Positions 13,212 through 25,235 of a stretch of 64,000 bases of DNA are shown one piece after another (the stretch's first letter is position 1; every line of letters begins with the position of its first letter). The notes under the pieces were generated by a model. That model saw nothing but the letters and a program-made list of their open reading frames with translations. It did not search any database and was not told the origin of the DNA. The translations under genes were made by a program, and so were the position numbers. This DNA comes from Centroscyllium fabricii (Eukaryota), in contig JBNRSN020000016.1 of the NCBI GenBank assembly GCA_051313645.2, forward strand, positions 94,116,001 to 94,180,000, given 5' to 3'.

Positions 13212-13640
13212 GTGTCAACCTTGGTTCAGTGGTAACAATCTTGCCTCTTAGTCAGAAGATGATGGGTTCAAGTCCCACTGCAGAGAGTGGAGTACATAAA
13301 CTAGACTGACACTTCAGTGCTGTACTGAGGTGCTGTCAGATGTGCTGTCTTTCAAATAAGTCATTAAAGCAAGGCCCTGTCTGCCATCTCAGGTGGACAT
13401 CAAAGATCCCATGGCACTATTCAAAGAAAAGCAGGATGTCCTAGCCAATATTTCTTCAACCAACATCCCTAAAGCAGATTATCTCGTCATTATCTAATTA
13501 CTGTTTGTGGGACCTTGCTGTGGGCAAATTGGCTGTTGCATTTTCTACATTGCAACATTGAGTACACTTCAAAAGTACTTCATTGGCTGTAAAGCACTTT
13601 GGGATGTCCGGAGGTCATGAAAAGCACTATACAATTTCAA
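13212..13640 (+). mobile_element. DeuSINE-family SINE (SacSINE1-like)
   Basis: tRNA-like head (ggttcagtggt...gggttcaagtccc), Deu-domain-like block ctcaggtggacatcaaagatcccatggcacta, and tail cttcaaaagtacttcattggctgtaaagcactttgggatg. Confidence 0.75.
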
Positions 13641-13929
13641 ATTATTTCCTTATATTTCTTTGTGCCGCAGGTTTTCTGTTTGTTTTCCTCTGTCTCCCTC
13701 AACCTTATTTTGCTCTTCACACTTCATCACTGTGTCTCTAACTTTCTGCCTCTATCTCAGTTTTTCACTCTCTTTCTATAAATCACTTCTTTTTCATCTA
13801 TCACTCCTCCCGTATGTTGCCCATGCATTTTTTACTGCTTTACTCAATTTGTATATTTTACCTTTTTTATAGGCTAAAGTACGCAGAAAAATGGCAGCCA
13901 ATTTGAAAAAAATTCAGAAGAAAAACCAT

Positions 13930-14450
13930 GGGCCAGAAATTCGGGTCCCCACGGGTGAGTACGCGTTGTGTAGTCATGCGTAGGGCCAACGAAAGTGCTG
14001 GTATTGCGCACGCGTGGGAAACCGGAACTTCCATTCCCTTGAAGGAAGGGGTTCACGGGTCGAACGCGTGCGCCGGAGAGGCAGCGCGTACGCCTGGAAC
14101 TTCCGGTTTTTGTTTTTTTTTTGTTTTTTTTTTTTTTTTTTTTTTTACAGGTTTCTCCGGGAGAGCAAGTCTCCAGCAGCTACGCTTTTAAAAAGCAGTC
14201 GCAAGGCCAGCTTTTAACAAGGTAAGTGGTGAATTAAGTAAAATTAAAACATTTTTTCCCACAGGTTTATTATTTTTTAATACTTTTTAGCCCCGTTAAA
14301 AATGGTAATTAATTTTCAAAAAAGTTAAATTATTGTTTAAGAGAGTTATTTTATGTAATTTATAGTTTTCTTTTATTTGATTTTTTAAAAATGTATTTGA
14401 AGTTTTGGTTAGGTTTTGGGGCTATTTCTCTATTCATAGATTTGACAGGT
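13930..14450 (+). mobile_element. Left half of a ggccagaaattc-TIR MITE, fused directly to the interior of a Harbinger element
   Basis: Colinear with 42082-42590; breaks at ...tttgacagg into Myb-domain coding sequence. Confidence 0.75.
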
Positions 14451-15252
14451 CTGCAAAAAATTCAATGACCTCACACAAGTCAAGGTCAGTGAATGCATTT
14501 TCAAATGCCGTATCCCACCAACTGCACCACTAGCCTCAGCAACTACACAATGCACCACCCCCATCACTCACCTACCAACAATCTCAGTCAGTCAGGACTC
14601 ATACCTCACATTCATAGCTTCACCTCACCCTCACACACTTAGCACTGCTGCAAGCTTCACAACTACATCGCACAGCTTTCACACACTGCCAGCTATTCAA
14701 CCATGACAGCCACATCACCCAAACAGATTGCACCACACTCACTGACACACTTCCCTCTCACTTGCAGGACAAGGCGGCGCCCAACCAAAGGCAGCATGAC
14801 CTAATTGGCGGGGGCCAGGCGTGCCTGCATGTCCTAACACTCATGGAGGAAACCGAGTTTGCCATCATTGAAACAGCCATTGGTGAGGCCATGGCCAGCG
14901 GTGGGACGGAAATGATAGAAGGTGACGGTATCCTCGTACTTAATCCTCCTTCTCATATCCCACTTCCCTTCATCCCACAACCTCTTCTGATTTACAAGCT
15001 GCAGATGGTGTAAGTATGCACCTCTTGCTTCCTGCCCCCACTGCCGCCCCACCCCCCTCACCTTACCCTGTGCCTTTCTCCTTTCAGATACCCAAGAACT
15101 GCAACCTGGCCAGGCAATGGAAGAGCAACAAGTGATGATGAAGAAACACCGTTACTCGATTTCGCACTCGCAGCCACCAGCTCAGATACTGACACTGTGC
15201 GTCATTTAGAGGATAGCATAGAGGTGGGATCTGCTCTTGGTGAGACATTGGG

Positions 15253-15553
15253 TGATGCACAATCAATTACTGCGAGACGAGGAGAAAAGTAACTGAGGCT
15301 TTTATTGACAAGAACAGGAGTACAGGTCTAGATGATAGCTAGTCCTCGGAATGCCATGCGGCCGACATGGCTGCCACCATTATACCTGGGTAGGTGGGTG
15401 GAGCCAGGAGGAGGGGCCGGTTGAGTCCTCCCAGGTGGACAAGTAGACAAGAGGTGACCCTGTCCAATACAATACAGTGAACTATGTACAACAAGCAAGA
15501 GTGAACTATGTACAATACAGATTGGTGGTAAACAGTAATAATGGTTTACCACA
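15253..15553 (-). repeat. 3' LTR of the Gypsy element
   Basis: Direct repeat of 19450-19749 (about 9 substitutions and 1 indel by eye); preceded on - by purine-rich aagtggtgaa. Confidence 0.95.
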
Positions 15554-15571
15554 TTCACCACTTGTTTAAGA

Positions 15572-18509
15572 TCAAGTCCGGCGGGGTGAAGCGGTTCTGC
15601 CGAGGGTAGAATACGAAAGTCTGTCTGGTAGTCTGGTCTCTCTCTGCAACCGTCGCGGTGCCGGCGGCCATGCGGGATCCTCAGTCACTGTCGGTGGAGC
15701 GGCGATAGTCGGTTGAAGAATGTGCATCGGAGGATCCCGGGCCTCTGGCGTACCGTCTACAGGGGCTAGAGAAAAACGAGGTAACAAGGGTGCGTCGAGA
15801 GTTACGGTGGGGGGGCGGGGGTGGGGGGGTGGTGGTCTCAGGGGCACCAGAGGGTGCGAGGTCTCAGATGGAGACAGTGTCCTCCCGCCCGTCAGGGAAC
15901 ACCACGTAGGCATATTGGGAGTTGGCGTGGAGGAGCTGTACCCTGTCGACCAGGGGATCCATCTTATGGCCCCTCACGTGTCTCCGAAGCAGGACGGGCC
16001 CTGGGGACGACAACCACGATGGTAGCGAGGTCCCGGAGGTGGACTTCCTGGGGAAGGAAAACATCCGCTCGTGAGGGGTAGCATTGGTCGCGGTGCAGAG
16101 CAGCGACCGAATGGAGTGGAGTGCATCAGGGAGGACCTCCTGCCAACGCGAGGCCGGGAGGCCCCTAGACCGCAGGGCTAGGCTGATGGCCTTCCAGACC
16201 GGCCCGTTCTCCCGCTCAACTTGCCCGTTGCCCCAGGGGTTGTAACTGGTGGTCCTGCTTGTAGCAACTCCCTTGGAGAGCAGGTACTGGTGCAGCTCGT
16301 CGCTCATGAACGACGACCCCGGTCACTGTGGAGGAAGTTGGGGAGGCCGAACATGGTGAAGATGCTGTGCAGACACCTGATGGCAGTGGCCGCGGTCATG
16401 TCCGGGCAAGGGATGGCGAAGGGAAAACGAGAAAACTCATCGATGACGGTGAGGAAGTAAGTGTTTCGGTTCGTGGAGGGGAGGGGCCCTTTGAAGTCGA
16501 TGCTCAGGCGCTCAAAGGGGCGGGAGGCATTGATCAGGTTTGCTCTGTCTGGCCTGTAGAAGTGCGGTTTGCACTCGGCGCAGGTCGAGCAGCGCCTGGT
16601 CGCGTCCCGGACGTCCGAAACAGAGTAGGGCAGGTTGCGGGACATAACAAAATGGAAGAGGCGGGTGACTACCGGGTGGCAGAGGTCATTGTGGATGGAT
16701 TGCAATCTATCCACTTGTGCGCTGGCACAGGTTCCGCGTGAAAGAGCATCCGGGGGCTCATTGAGTTTACTGGGCCGGTACAAGATGTCGTAGTTATAGG
16801 TGGACAGCTCAATTCTCCACCTCTCATTTTTGATTTTACCCCGCTGTTTATTACTAAACATGAAAGCCACTGACCATTGGTCCGTGAGCAAGGTAAATCT
16901 TCTGCCGGCCAGGTAATGTCTCCAGTGCCGCACCGCTTCCACGATGGCCTGGGCCTCCTTTTCCACTGATGAGTGCCTGATTTCAGGGCCTTGGAGTGTG
17001 CGGGAAAAGGCGGCCACCGGTCTCCCCGCCTGGTTGAGGGTGGCGGCCAGGGCGAAGTCAGAGGCATCGCTTTCCACCTGGAACGGGGTGGATTCGTCCA
17101 CGGCGTGCATGGTCGCCCTGGCAATGTGTGACTTAATGGTGTCGAAGGCCACGCGAGCCTCGTTCTCCAGGGGGAAGGAGGTGGATTTAATGAGGGGGTG
17201 GGCTTTGTCAGCGTACTGCGGGACCCATTGGGCATAGTACGAAAAGAATCCCAGGCACCTTTTCAGGGACTTGGGACTGTGGGGGAGGGGGAGCTCCAGG
17301 AGGGGTCTCATGCGTTCGGGGTCAGGGCCGATGACGCCATTCTCCACGACACAACCCAGGATAGCAAGGCGGGTGGTGCGGAACGCGCATTTCTCCTTGT
17401 TATAGGTGAGGTTACGGAGCTGGGCGACCTGGAGGAACCTTGCCAGGTTGGCGTCGTGGTCCTGGATGTCATGGCCGCAGATGGTGACGTTGTCGAGGTA
17501 GGGGAAAGTAGCCAGCAGCCCGTTTTGGTCCACCATCCGGTCCATCTCCCGTTGGAAGACCGACACACCGTTGGTGACGCCAAACGGGACCCTGAGGAAG
17601 TGGTAAAGACGGCCGTTCGCCTCAAAGGCGGTGAACTGGAGGTCTTCGGGGCGGATGGGGAGCTGGTGATACGCCGACTTCAGGTCAATCGTAGAGAATA
17701 CCCGGTACTGCGCGATCTGGTTAACCAGGGGTATGCGTCCAGTTGAGGAAAGCGGTTGATCGTTTGGCTGTAGTCGATGACCAGGTGGGGCTTTGCGCCA
17801 GTCTTGACGACTACAACCTGAGCTCTCCAGGGGCTGTTGCTGGCCTCAATAGCCCCCTCCTTCATGAGGCGCTGAACCTCCGACTTGATGAAGAGTCAAT
17901 CCCCCATACTGTAGCGCCTGCTCTTGGTAGCTATGGGCTTGCAGTCGGGGGTGAGGTTAGCCAAAAGTGGAAGAGGGGCAACCTTGAGGGTCGAGAGGCT
18001 GAAAACCGTACGTGGCGGCTGATTTAAAAACTGCTGGCTACAGACCGTGAGGGGGGGAGGGGCCCACCATACTTCATGGTGACGCTATCGAGATGGCTCT
18101 GGAAATCTAGCCCGAGCAGAACAGCAGCGCAGAGGTGGGGGAGGATGAAGAGTTTAAACTGGTTATACACAGTACCCCGCACCGTTAACGTCAAAACGCA
18201 GGACCCACCGACCTCAGCCGTTTGTGCGTTAGAGGCCAGGGAGATCCGTTGGTGCGCCGGGAGTACCATGAGGGAGAGTCGCCGCACCGTGTCCAGGTGG
18301 ATAAAACTTTCGGTACTCCCCAAGTCAAATGGGCAGTTAACAGTGCGGGCGTTTACCTCGATGTCCATGGTCGATCTGGCGAGCTGGTGGGGCAGAGACT
18401 GGTCAAGGGTGATGGAGGCCAGCTGGGGCAGCAGTAGATCCTCATCGAAATTCCCCTGTGAAAGAGCGGGGAGGGCTGGCCGAGTTACTGCGGGCGGCGC
18501 CTGGATCAA
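15572..18509 (-). pseudogene. Gypsy pol (protease, RT, RNase H, integrase) split over several frames
   Basis: PR-like FDLGSTESF; SNSPWRAQVVVV; RT FPYLDNVTICG; RH ESDASDFAL; IN SIDFKGPLP, HSDRG, GNGQVERENG. Confidence 0.92.
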
Positions 18510-18669
18510 AGATGGCGGCGACCGGTTTAAAGATGGCGGCGCCCAGATTCCAGATGCGGCCTGTTCAAGATGGGCGCCTGATCCAAGATGGCCGCTGCCA
18601 GGATCGCCATGCGGTGGGGTAAGATGGCCGCTCCAGGGTGCACACGCGGCACTGCTAGGGTTGGGGGAG

Positions 18670-19425
18670 GATTTTGCCTTGCAGACGTTCGCGTAGTGGC
18701 CCTTCTTTCTGCAACTCGAGCACGTTGCGTTTCTCGCGGGGCAGCGCTGTCTGGGGTGTTTAGGGAGGCCGCAGAAGTAGCATTTCTGCGCCCGGGATGC
18801 CGCTGCGGACGTTAGCAGGGGAGGCGCGGCGGGGGTCGATCCTACCCATGATGGCTGCGCCCGCGATGTCCACTAGGTCGCCGGCTGCTCGAACGCCTCC
18901 AGATTCCGATGCGCTGCATTCAGCGATTGCGCCAGGGCTGTAGCTCTTTTTAAAATCGAGCCTGTCTTGCTCCAGGAGCCGCTGGCGGGTGTAAGTGGAG
19001 TTTATGCCCGCCACTATAGCATCGCGGATCAAGTCGTCCATGTTGGTCTGGGCCGTTACTTGCCGGCAGTGGCAGGCCTGCCCGAGTACCCGCAGCGCTG
19101 CAATAAAGTCTGTAACGGACTCGCCGGGCTGCTGCCTTCGGCTCAGCAGGAGGTGCCTAGCGTAGACCTCGTTGGTCAGGGCCGCGAATTGGTCCGTAAG
19201 GACTTGCAGGGCACTCACATAAGTGTTTTCGCCCTTAGTCAGCATATAGATGGCCGGGCTTACCCGAGACTGCAGGACTGTCAGCTTCCGGGCGTCTGTG
19301 GTGACGGTTTCGCTTGACTCTGCCAAAAACAATTCAAAGCACTTGAGCCAGTGCGCGAAAGTCCGTGCTGTGTCCGGCGACTGCGATTCTAACTCCAAAC
19401 GATCGGGCCTTAATATTTTGTCCAT
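18670..19425 (-). pseudogene. Gypsy gag (frameshifted before the zinc knuckles)
   Basis: ORF MDKILRPDRLEL...FAHWLKCF...RRQQPGESVTDF...IRDAIVAG; knuckles lie in another frame at ~18670-18785. Confidence 0.88.
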
Positions 19426-19449
19426 CGTTGAAAAATCTTGTCAATAAAT

Positions 19450-19749
19450 TGATGCACAATCAATTACTGCGAGACGAGGAGAAAAGTAACGGAGGCTTTT
19501 ATTGACAAGAACAGGAGTACAGGTCTAGATGATAGCTAGTCCTCGGAATGCCATGCGGTCGACATGGCTGCCACCTTTATACTGGGTATGTGGGTGGAGC
19601 CAGGAGGAGGGGCCGGCTGAGTCCTCCCAGGTAGACAAGTAGACAAGAGGTGACCCTGTCCAATACAATACAGTGAATTATGTACAACAGGCAAGAGTGA
19701 GCTATGTACAATACAGATTGGTGGTAAACAGTAATAATGGTTTACCACA
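19450..19749 (-). repeat. 5' LTR of the Gypsy element
   Basis: Repeat of 15253-15553; on - contains a TATAAA (~19576-19581) and AATAAA (~19497-19502). Confidence 0.95.
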
Positions 19750-20489
19750 CTGGGTACAAGTGGCTTGCAGCCTGGGCAGGGGACAAGAATAGCGCAGGTG
19801 CCAGCTCGCCAGAGGGCAAGGCTACACACGAGTTCTGCTGCAGAGGACTGAGATGAGCACTTCGATGGGGCAGGAGACAGAATAAGACTGATGGGTATGT
19901 ACAGTAAAATGCGTGGTGCATTGGCAAGCCTGCCAGAAAGCCTGTGTGCAATGTCAAGGAGCATGGAGGAGTCTGGCACCAACTTGGCACAGGGTGTTTC
20001 GCAGAGCTTGGAGCCCATCCTTTCCAGCATGAAAGTGGTGGCCAACTCCATTAGCACATTTGTGGGCACAACCACGATGCAGCATCTGATGGCGATGTCT
20101 CAGCTTCCATTGTAGCACAAGCAGCAGCCACCAAACATCTCAATGCTGCAGTGGAAGTGCATGGCTCTGGATTCCAGTGTGCAAGGGGTGTCACAGCAGT
20201 CCGGCAATCTGTCCTCCAACAGATTACTGTCCCAGAGGAGTGGCAGTGGCTCCGTGGAGCGCAAAACTGCTGTCCTCTCTCAGGATGACAGAATTTGTTC
20301 TCCCAGCCCTGCCACTTCACTACTGCCCTTACTGTTGGCTGTCAGCCAGCTAGCCCAGACTGCTGGTGCCCATGCTGAGATGATGCAGTCTGCAAAAGTG
20401 TCTTCTGGGCCTAAAGCTGCTCAAGGTCATCCTCTAAGGCCATCTGCAGTCTCCTCCACTGAACGTTAGCAGTCTTCCACCAACCATAG

Positions 20490-21800
20490 TCATAACACCA
20501 CAGAAGGAGGCCATTCAGCTAATCGAGTCCGTACCGGCTGTAGAGCAATCCAGTCAGTCCCATTCCCCTACTCTATCCCCGTAGCCCTGCAAGTTTATTT
20601 CCTTCAAGTGCCTATCCAATCTCCCCTTGAAAACATTGAGTGTCTCCGCTTCCACAACTTCCGTCGGCAGCGAGTTCCAGGTCCTCACCACTCGCTGTGT
20701 AAAAATGTTTTTCCTCACATCCCCCCTGTATCTCTTGCCCAAAACCTTAAATCTGTGTCCCCTGGTCCTTGTAACATCAACTAGTGTAAACAGCCTTTCC
20801 CCATCTAGCCTATCCAAACCAGTCATAATCTTGTACACCTCTATCAAATCACCCCTCAACCTCCTTTGCTCTAATGAAAATAAATCCAGCTTCTCCAACC
20901 TGTTCTTGTAGCGAAGATCCCCCATCCCCGGAACCATTCTGGTAAATCTCCTCTGCACCCTCTCAAGGGTGTTGGCTCTCCTTAATTAGCTTAAACCTCT
21001 CCAAGTGCCTGTTCATTTTTTCCTTGATTATTGTTTCTAAATTTTTTCCTTGATTATTGTTTCTAAAACTTTACCCACCACTGATGTTAAACTGACCAGC
21101 CTGTAGTTACTGGGATTGTTCTTGCACCCCTTCTAGAACAACAGTGTCACATTTGCCACTTTCCAATCCTCAGGCACCTCCCCCGCATCTAGGGAAGATT
21201 GGAAAATTATGGCAAGCCCTTCTGCTATCTCCTCCCCCAATTCCCTTAGCAACCTGGTATACAAACCATCTGAACCAGGTGACTTATCCACTCTAAGCAT
21301 ATCCAGCCTTTCTAGTACATCCCATCAATTTTTACCCCTGCCATTGCCTCTACCTTTTCCACTGCTATCGATATTTTGTCAGCATCCACCTCCTTAGTAA
21401 ACACTGATACAAAGTACTCATTGAATATTCTAGCCTTGCCCTGCGCCTCTAAGCATATACCATCTTCTTTGTCCCTCATCGGCCCCACCCAGCCTCTTAC
21501 CCAAAGGCATGCAGGTTAGGTGAATTGGGGATACTAAAAAAGAAATTGCCCATGAATATGTGTGTGAGATATAGTTCTTAGAGTTGGGGGAGTCGGGGGA
21601 TATGGGGAGAGGGTAGGAGGGGGCTGCTGGATTTGGATGACCAGCCATGATCTCATCAAAAAATGGCGGAGCAGGGCCGAATGGCCTACCCCTGCTCCTA
21701 TCTTCTGTGTGTTTCTACCCGCTTACTGTTTACATGCCGGTAGAAGATTTTTGGGTTCCCTTTTATGTTAACCATCATTCTACTCTCATATTCTCCCTTT
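20490..21800 (-). mobile_element. Rearranged CR1 (HER1-like) fragments, with a partial SINE at ~21503-21715
   Basis: ORF QRRFTRMVPGM...RLRGDLIEVYKI...TRGHRFK; closely matches segments of 6128-8522. Confidence 0.88.
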
Positions 21801-22079
21801 GCCATGCTGCAGCCACTGGGGTAGCACTGCGTAGCAACACCAGGGCAGGCAAAGGCACACAGAAGACAGGCACTAAGGGAATGCACAAAGGTGTGATTAG
21901 TTTACATTTCTATGCAATATGGCATGATTTCATTTGTAAATTTAGTTTGGAATGGTAATTTAGTGTTGGCTTTTATTTTTGTATTGTGGCCAAGCAGACA
22001 GTATGATAGTCAGTGACATAGAGAAGGCAAGGTGTGGGACTGTTGGTGAATAGGGAATTGTGGTTGCATTTACTGGTAT

Positions 22080-23131
22080 TGCACTTGGATGAGTTATGCA
22101 TGGACAGCCAGCCAGAAAGGGGCGGTTTCTTTCTCGTCCTCCTCCTCAGCTGGTCACTGGAGAGCTGCTGGTAAGTCCTGTGCCCTCGTGATGGTGTGGT
22201 TGTGCAGCATGCAGCAGACCACCACGAATCTTGGCACCCGCTCTGCCAAGTACTGCAGGACTCCTCCAGGGCAGTCCAGGCAGCGGAAGCGTTGTTTCAG
22301 TACGCCAATGATCTGCTCTATTGCATTTCGCATTGCAGCATGGCTTTCATTGTATGCATGCTGTCCACGTGTGCATGTTGTGCCCCAGAGTCGTGAGCCA
22401 TGTCATCAGCAGATAGCCCTTGTCATCCAGTAGTCATCCTTTGATTTACCATGGTGGCTCAAATGCAGATGGCACAGCAGACAGGTGCAGAATATGGACA
22501 TCATGACTGCTGCTAGGATACCAGGCATTGACCTGCATGATTCGCTGCCTATGGTCACACACCAGCTGGACGTTGAGGGAGTGGATTCCATTTCAGTTCC
22601 GGTTCATGTCAGAGTTGGCATGCAGTGCCTGCAAAGTGACCTGCATGCAGTCAATGGTATCCTGCACCATCGGAAAGCCTGCACTCCTAGCTAAGCCGCG
22701 TGCTCGCTCCGGCAAGGGAGAAAGAAATGCAGTCAGCTTTCTTTCAATACAGAGGTTCAGTGACCTCCCTTATGCAACAATGCATGACAAATTGTGAGAT
22801 GTTGCAAATATCTCCAGCTCCAGCCTGGAAGGAGCCCGACACATAAACGTTCATCGCCATGGTCACCTTCACAGCCACTGGCAATGTGGTCTCGCCCTGC
22901 TCTAAAGTTGCAGTTGTGCTTGCAGCAAGTGGCAGATTTCAGTGAGGACATCCTTGCTGAAGCACAGACATCTCACATATTGTTGCTCCCGGAACATCCT
23001 GGTGGATATGGTCTCCTGCTGAGAACCCTTCTCCCCCTCACTCTTCCAGAAGTTTGTCCTGCTCGATGCGGCCTCTATTCATTCTCCAAGTCATGCTGTG
23101 TTCCAAGGGGAATTCCAACTAGAGCACCCAT
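22080..23131 (-). pseudogene. Harbinger transposase, disrupted (partner of the Myb gene at 14451-20469; element ends ~23620)
   Basis: Reverse strand reads [47 protein letters not shown]; TIR-like gaattttgcacc at ~23609-23620. Confidence 0.82.
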
Positions 23132-23715
23132 GTCTGTTAGCAAGTGGTTTGTGCAGAAACCTTGAAGTCAGGAAAAAGCCCTTCAGCAGGTGCCACACCA
23201 CTCCCTGTAGACATTAGCAACTTTAAACTGTAGAAAGCACCAAACACTTGTAGGATCATACCAACAGCCAGTAGAAATCAATCAGCAACCTGCAAGTAGG
23301 TGATAATCCCTTTAAATAGCACTGTTTGTTCCCGGGGGGGAGGAGGTCCTTGCTGCTGCTGAATGCGTGTTCAGCTGTGCGATCTTAAGAGCTGGAGCGT
23401 CGAGATGCAAAATGGCAGCGCTGGTGTCAAATCAGCATTGCACACTGACTGATGTCATGATCTGCCTACTCTACATACTTCCGGCGAACGCTCACTGTGC
23501 GCTCACCAATATGACGTCCAGCGCAACTCATACTCGCATGCGCCACAGATGTTATTTTGGTCCTCTGAAGGCACTCGCAGTGCCCAAAATAACGGTTGCT
23601 ATAGATCTGAATTTTGCACCATGTCTCTTCATACTGGCCGTTAGTTCAACTTCAATTACCTGAAAAAGTATGTGGAAGGAAAAATTATGCTTCATATGTG
23701 TAATATTGAAATATT

Positions 23716-24441
23716 GGCCCATACTGTCCGATCGCAGGCCTCCTGCGAGCGGAGGGCTGCGCTCTGGAAGAATCTATGCCCTTACCCGAGGGCTCCCGGG
23801 ACACACACGCTTCCGCTCCTGGGCCTCTCCAAACTCCAAGTGCGCAGGGCCCACGTACCCCAGGGGCACAGGTAGTTCACAGCGTCCCTGGGATCACATG
23901 GGCCATGGGGAGCCAATCAAAGAAGGGAATCTCCCTTCATACACTTGACAGGAAGACCTGTCAAATATATGAATGGGGATCACCCCAAAAACACAGTAAA
24001 ATGTTAAATATTTTTTTTATTTTTTTTTTAAATCGCAATTTTAAAATGACTTGAAATTACAATAAAATTTTTGAAAAAAATAATTAAAGTTTTTTATGGG
24101 CTAAAAATAAACTTACCTTTTTTAAAAAGTATTTTTAAATGATAAATCAGTTTTTTTTACTTTTTTCAACTCTTATCCTGGTAAAAGCAGGCCTTATGCT
24201 TTTACCAGGCGTAAGAATTGTAAGTGTTTTCTGCAGGCGGAGGGTCTCCAAAAAGCGGAACTCTCCGCCCGCAGAGGCCCTGCTCCAGGGCAGCCAGAGG
24301 ATCTGCCAAGAACTTCCTTGACAGATCGGAAATGCCGGTTTTCAGTGCATGAGCAGTGCATGTCTAAAACTGGCATTTCCGATGTCCCTACGGGTGGGTA
24401 CACAGCGTGTATTCACCCATAGGGATCGGAATATCTGGGCC
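23716..24441. mobile_element. Harbinger-type MITE
   Basis: Imperfect TIRs ggcccatactgtccgatc / gatcggaatatctgggcc; 3-bp TSD att on both sides. Confidence 0.85.
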
Positions 24442-25142
24442 ATTGTACCTCAGAACTTTTTAATTCTTTTTTTAAACATTTCAGCATTTTTGCTTTTCGA
24501 GCATTCTTTAATAACAGAGCCCCCTTTCCAGCCAACCATGGTGATTAGTTAGTAAACAATGATTAAAATTCTCCGACAACTGCTTCAATTTTAATTTAAT
24601 TTCTCTGCAGTCACGTTTCATTTTTTTTCTCAACTTATCAAAGCTGCTACTGACATCCGCATGGGTTGTTCCTACCAACAGCACACAATGCCCACTTCCT
24701 TTTTCCCAGCATGCACTGGAGTGGCTAATTAGCAATTGCTTACTTCAACCACTTGCTTTAACATGGTTTGTAACTGAGTTGTGTCGACCACCAGTGCACT
24801 GTTACATCAACTACTTGGAAGCTTTTATTAGAAGAAAACAAAAGTATGGGAATTATTGTGGGGAACTCATGGCAGCCAGCCAGCAACATGTTTGGTGAGG
24901 GATCAAGTCCCTTAGTCAGTACTGTTGAAACATGGTACTGACAAGAGCAGGAAAACTAGGACTCAGATCATGCAGTGCGCAAATTAAATGCATCTGCCAT
25001 TTCTAATTTACAAGTCACTTATTTATGGAGGACATAATAACTGAACAAAACCACCACGGTTCTATTGCATTTTATTCTATAAATTTTATTTTACCTTAAT
25101 AGAAATAGTGAATCCTGCTGTAATACACAAAGGAACACACAT

Positions 25143-25235
25143 AGAAAGGTCTTTGACCTGAAACGTTAACTCTGTTTCTCTCGCCACCGATGCTGCCTGG
25201 CCTGCTGAGTTTCTCCAGCGTTTTCTGTTGTTATT
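25143..25235 (+). mobile_element. Truncated short retroelement end with a partial hammerhead-like motif
   Basis: aggtctttgacctgaaacgttaactctgtttctc...gatgctgcc...tgctgagtttctccagc; same family as 62482-62578. Confidence 0.65.

Larger units (their letters stand above)
15253..19749 (-). mobile_element. Near full-length Ty3/Gypsy LTR retrotransposon (Mag-type), frameshifted
   Basis: Two ~300-bp TG...CA LTRs; 5-bp TSD ttggg/ctggg; gag-PR-RT-RH-IN order; twin CCHC knuckles CYFCGLPKHPRQRCPARNATCSSCRKKGHYANVC. Confidence 0.95.
14451..20469 (+). pseudogene. Harbinger Myb/SANT-like gene, spliced, interrupted by a Gypsy element
   Basis: CKKFNDLTQVK|gtcagt (end of SANT domain); exon cag|DKAAPNQRQHDLIGGGQA...; exon from tttcag (~15088) resumes after the LTR element at 19750. 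Confidence 0.75.
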
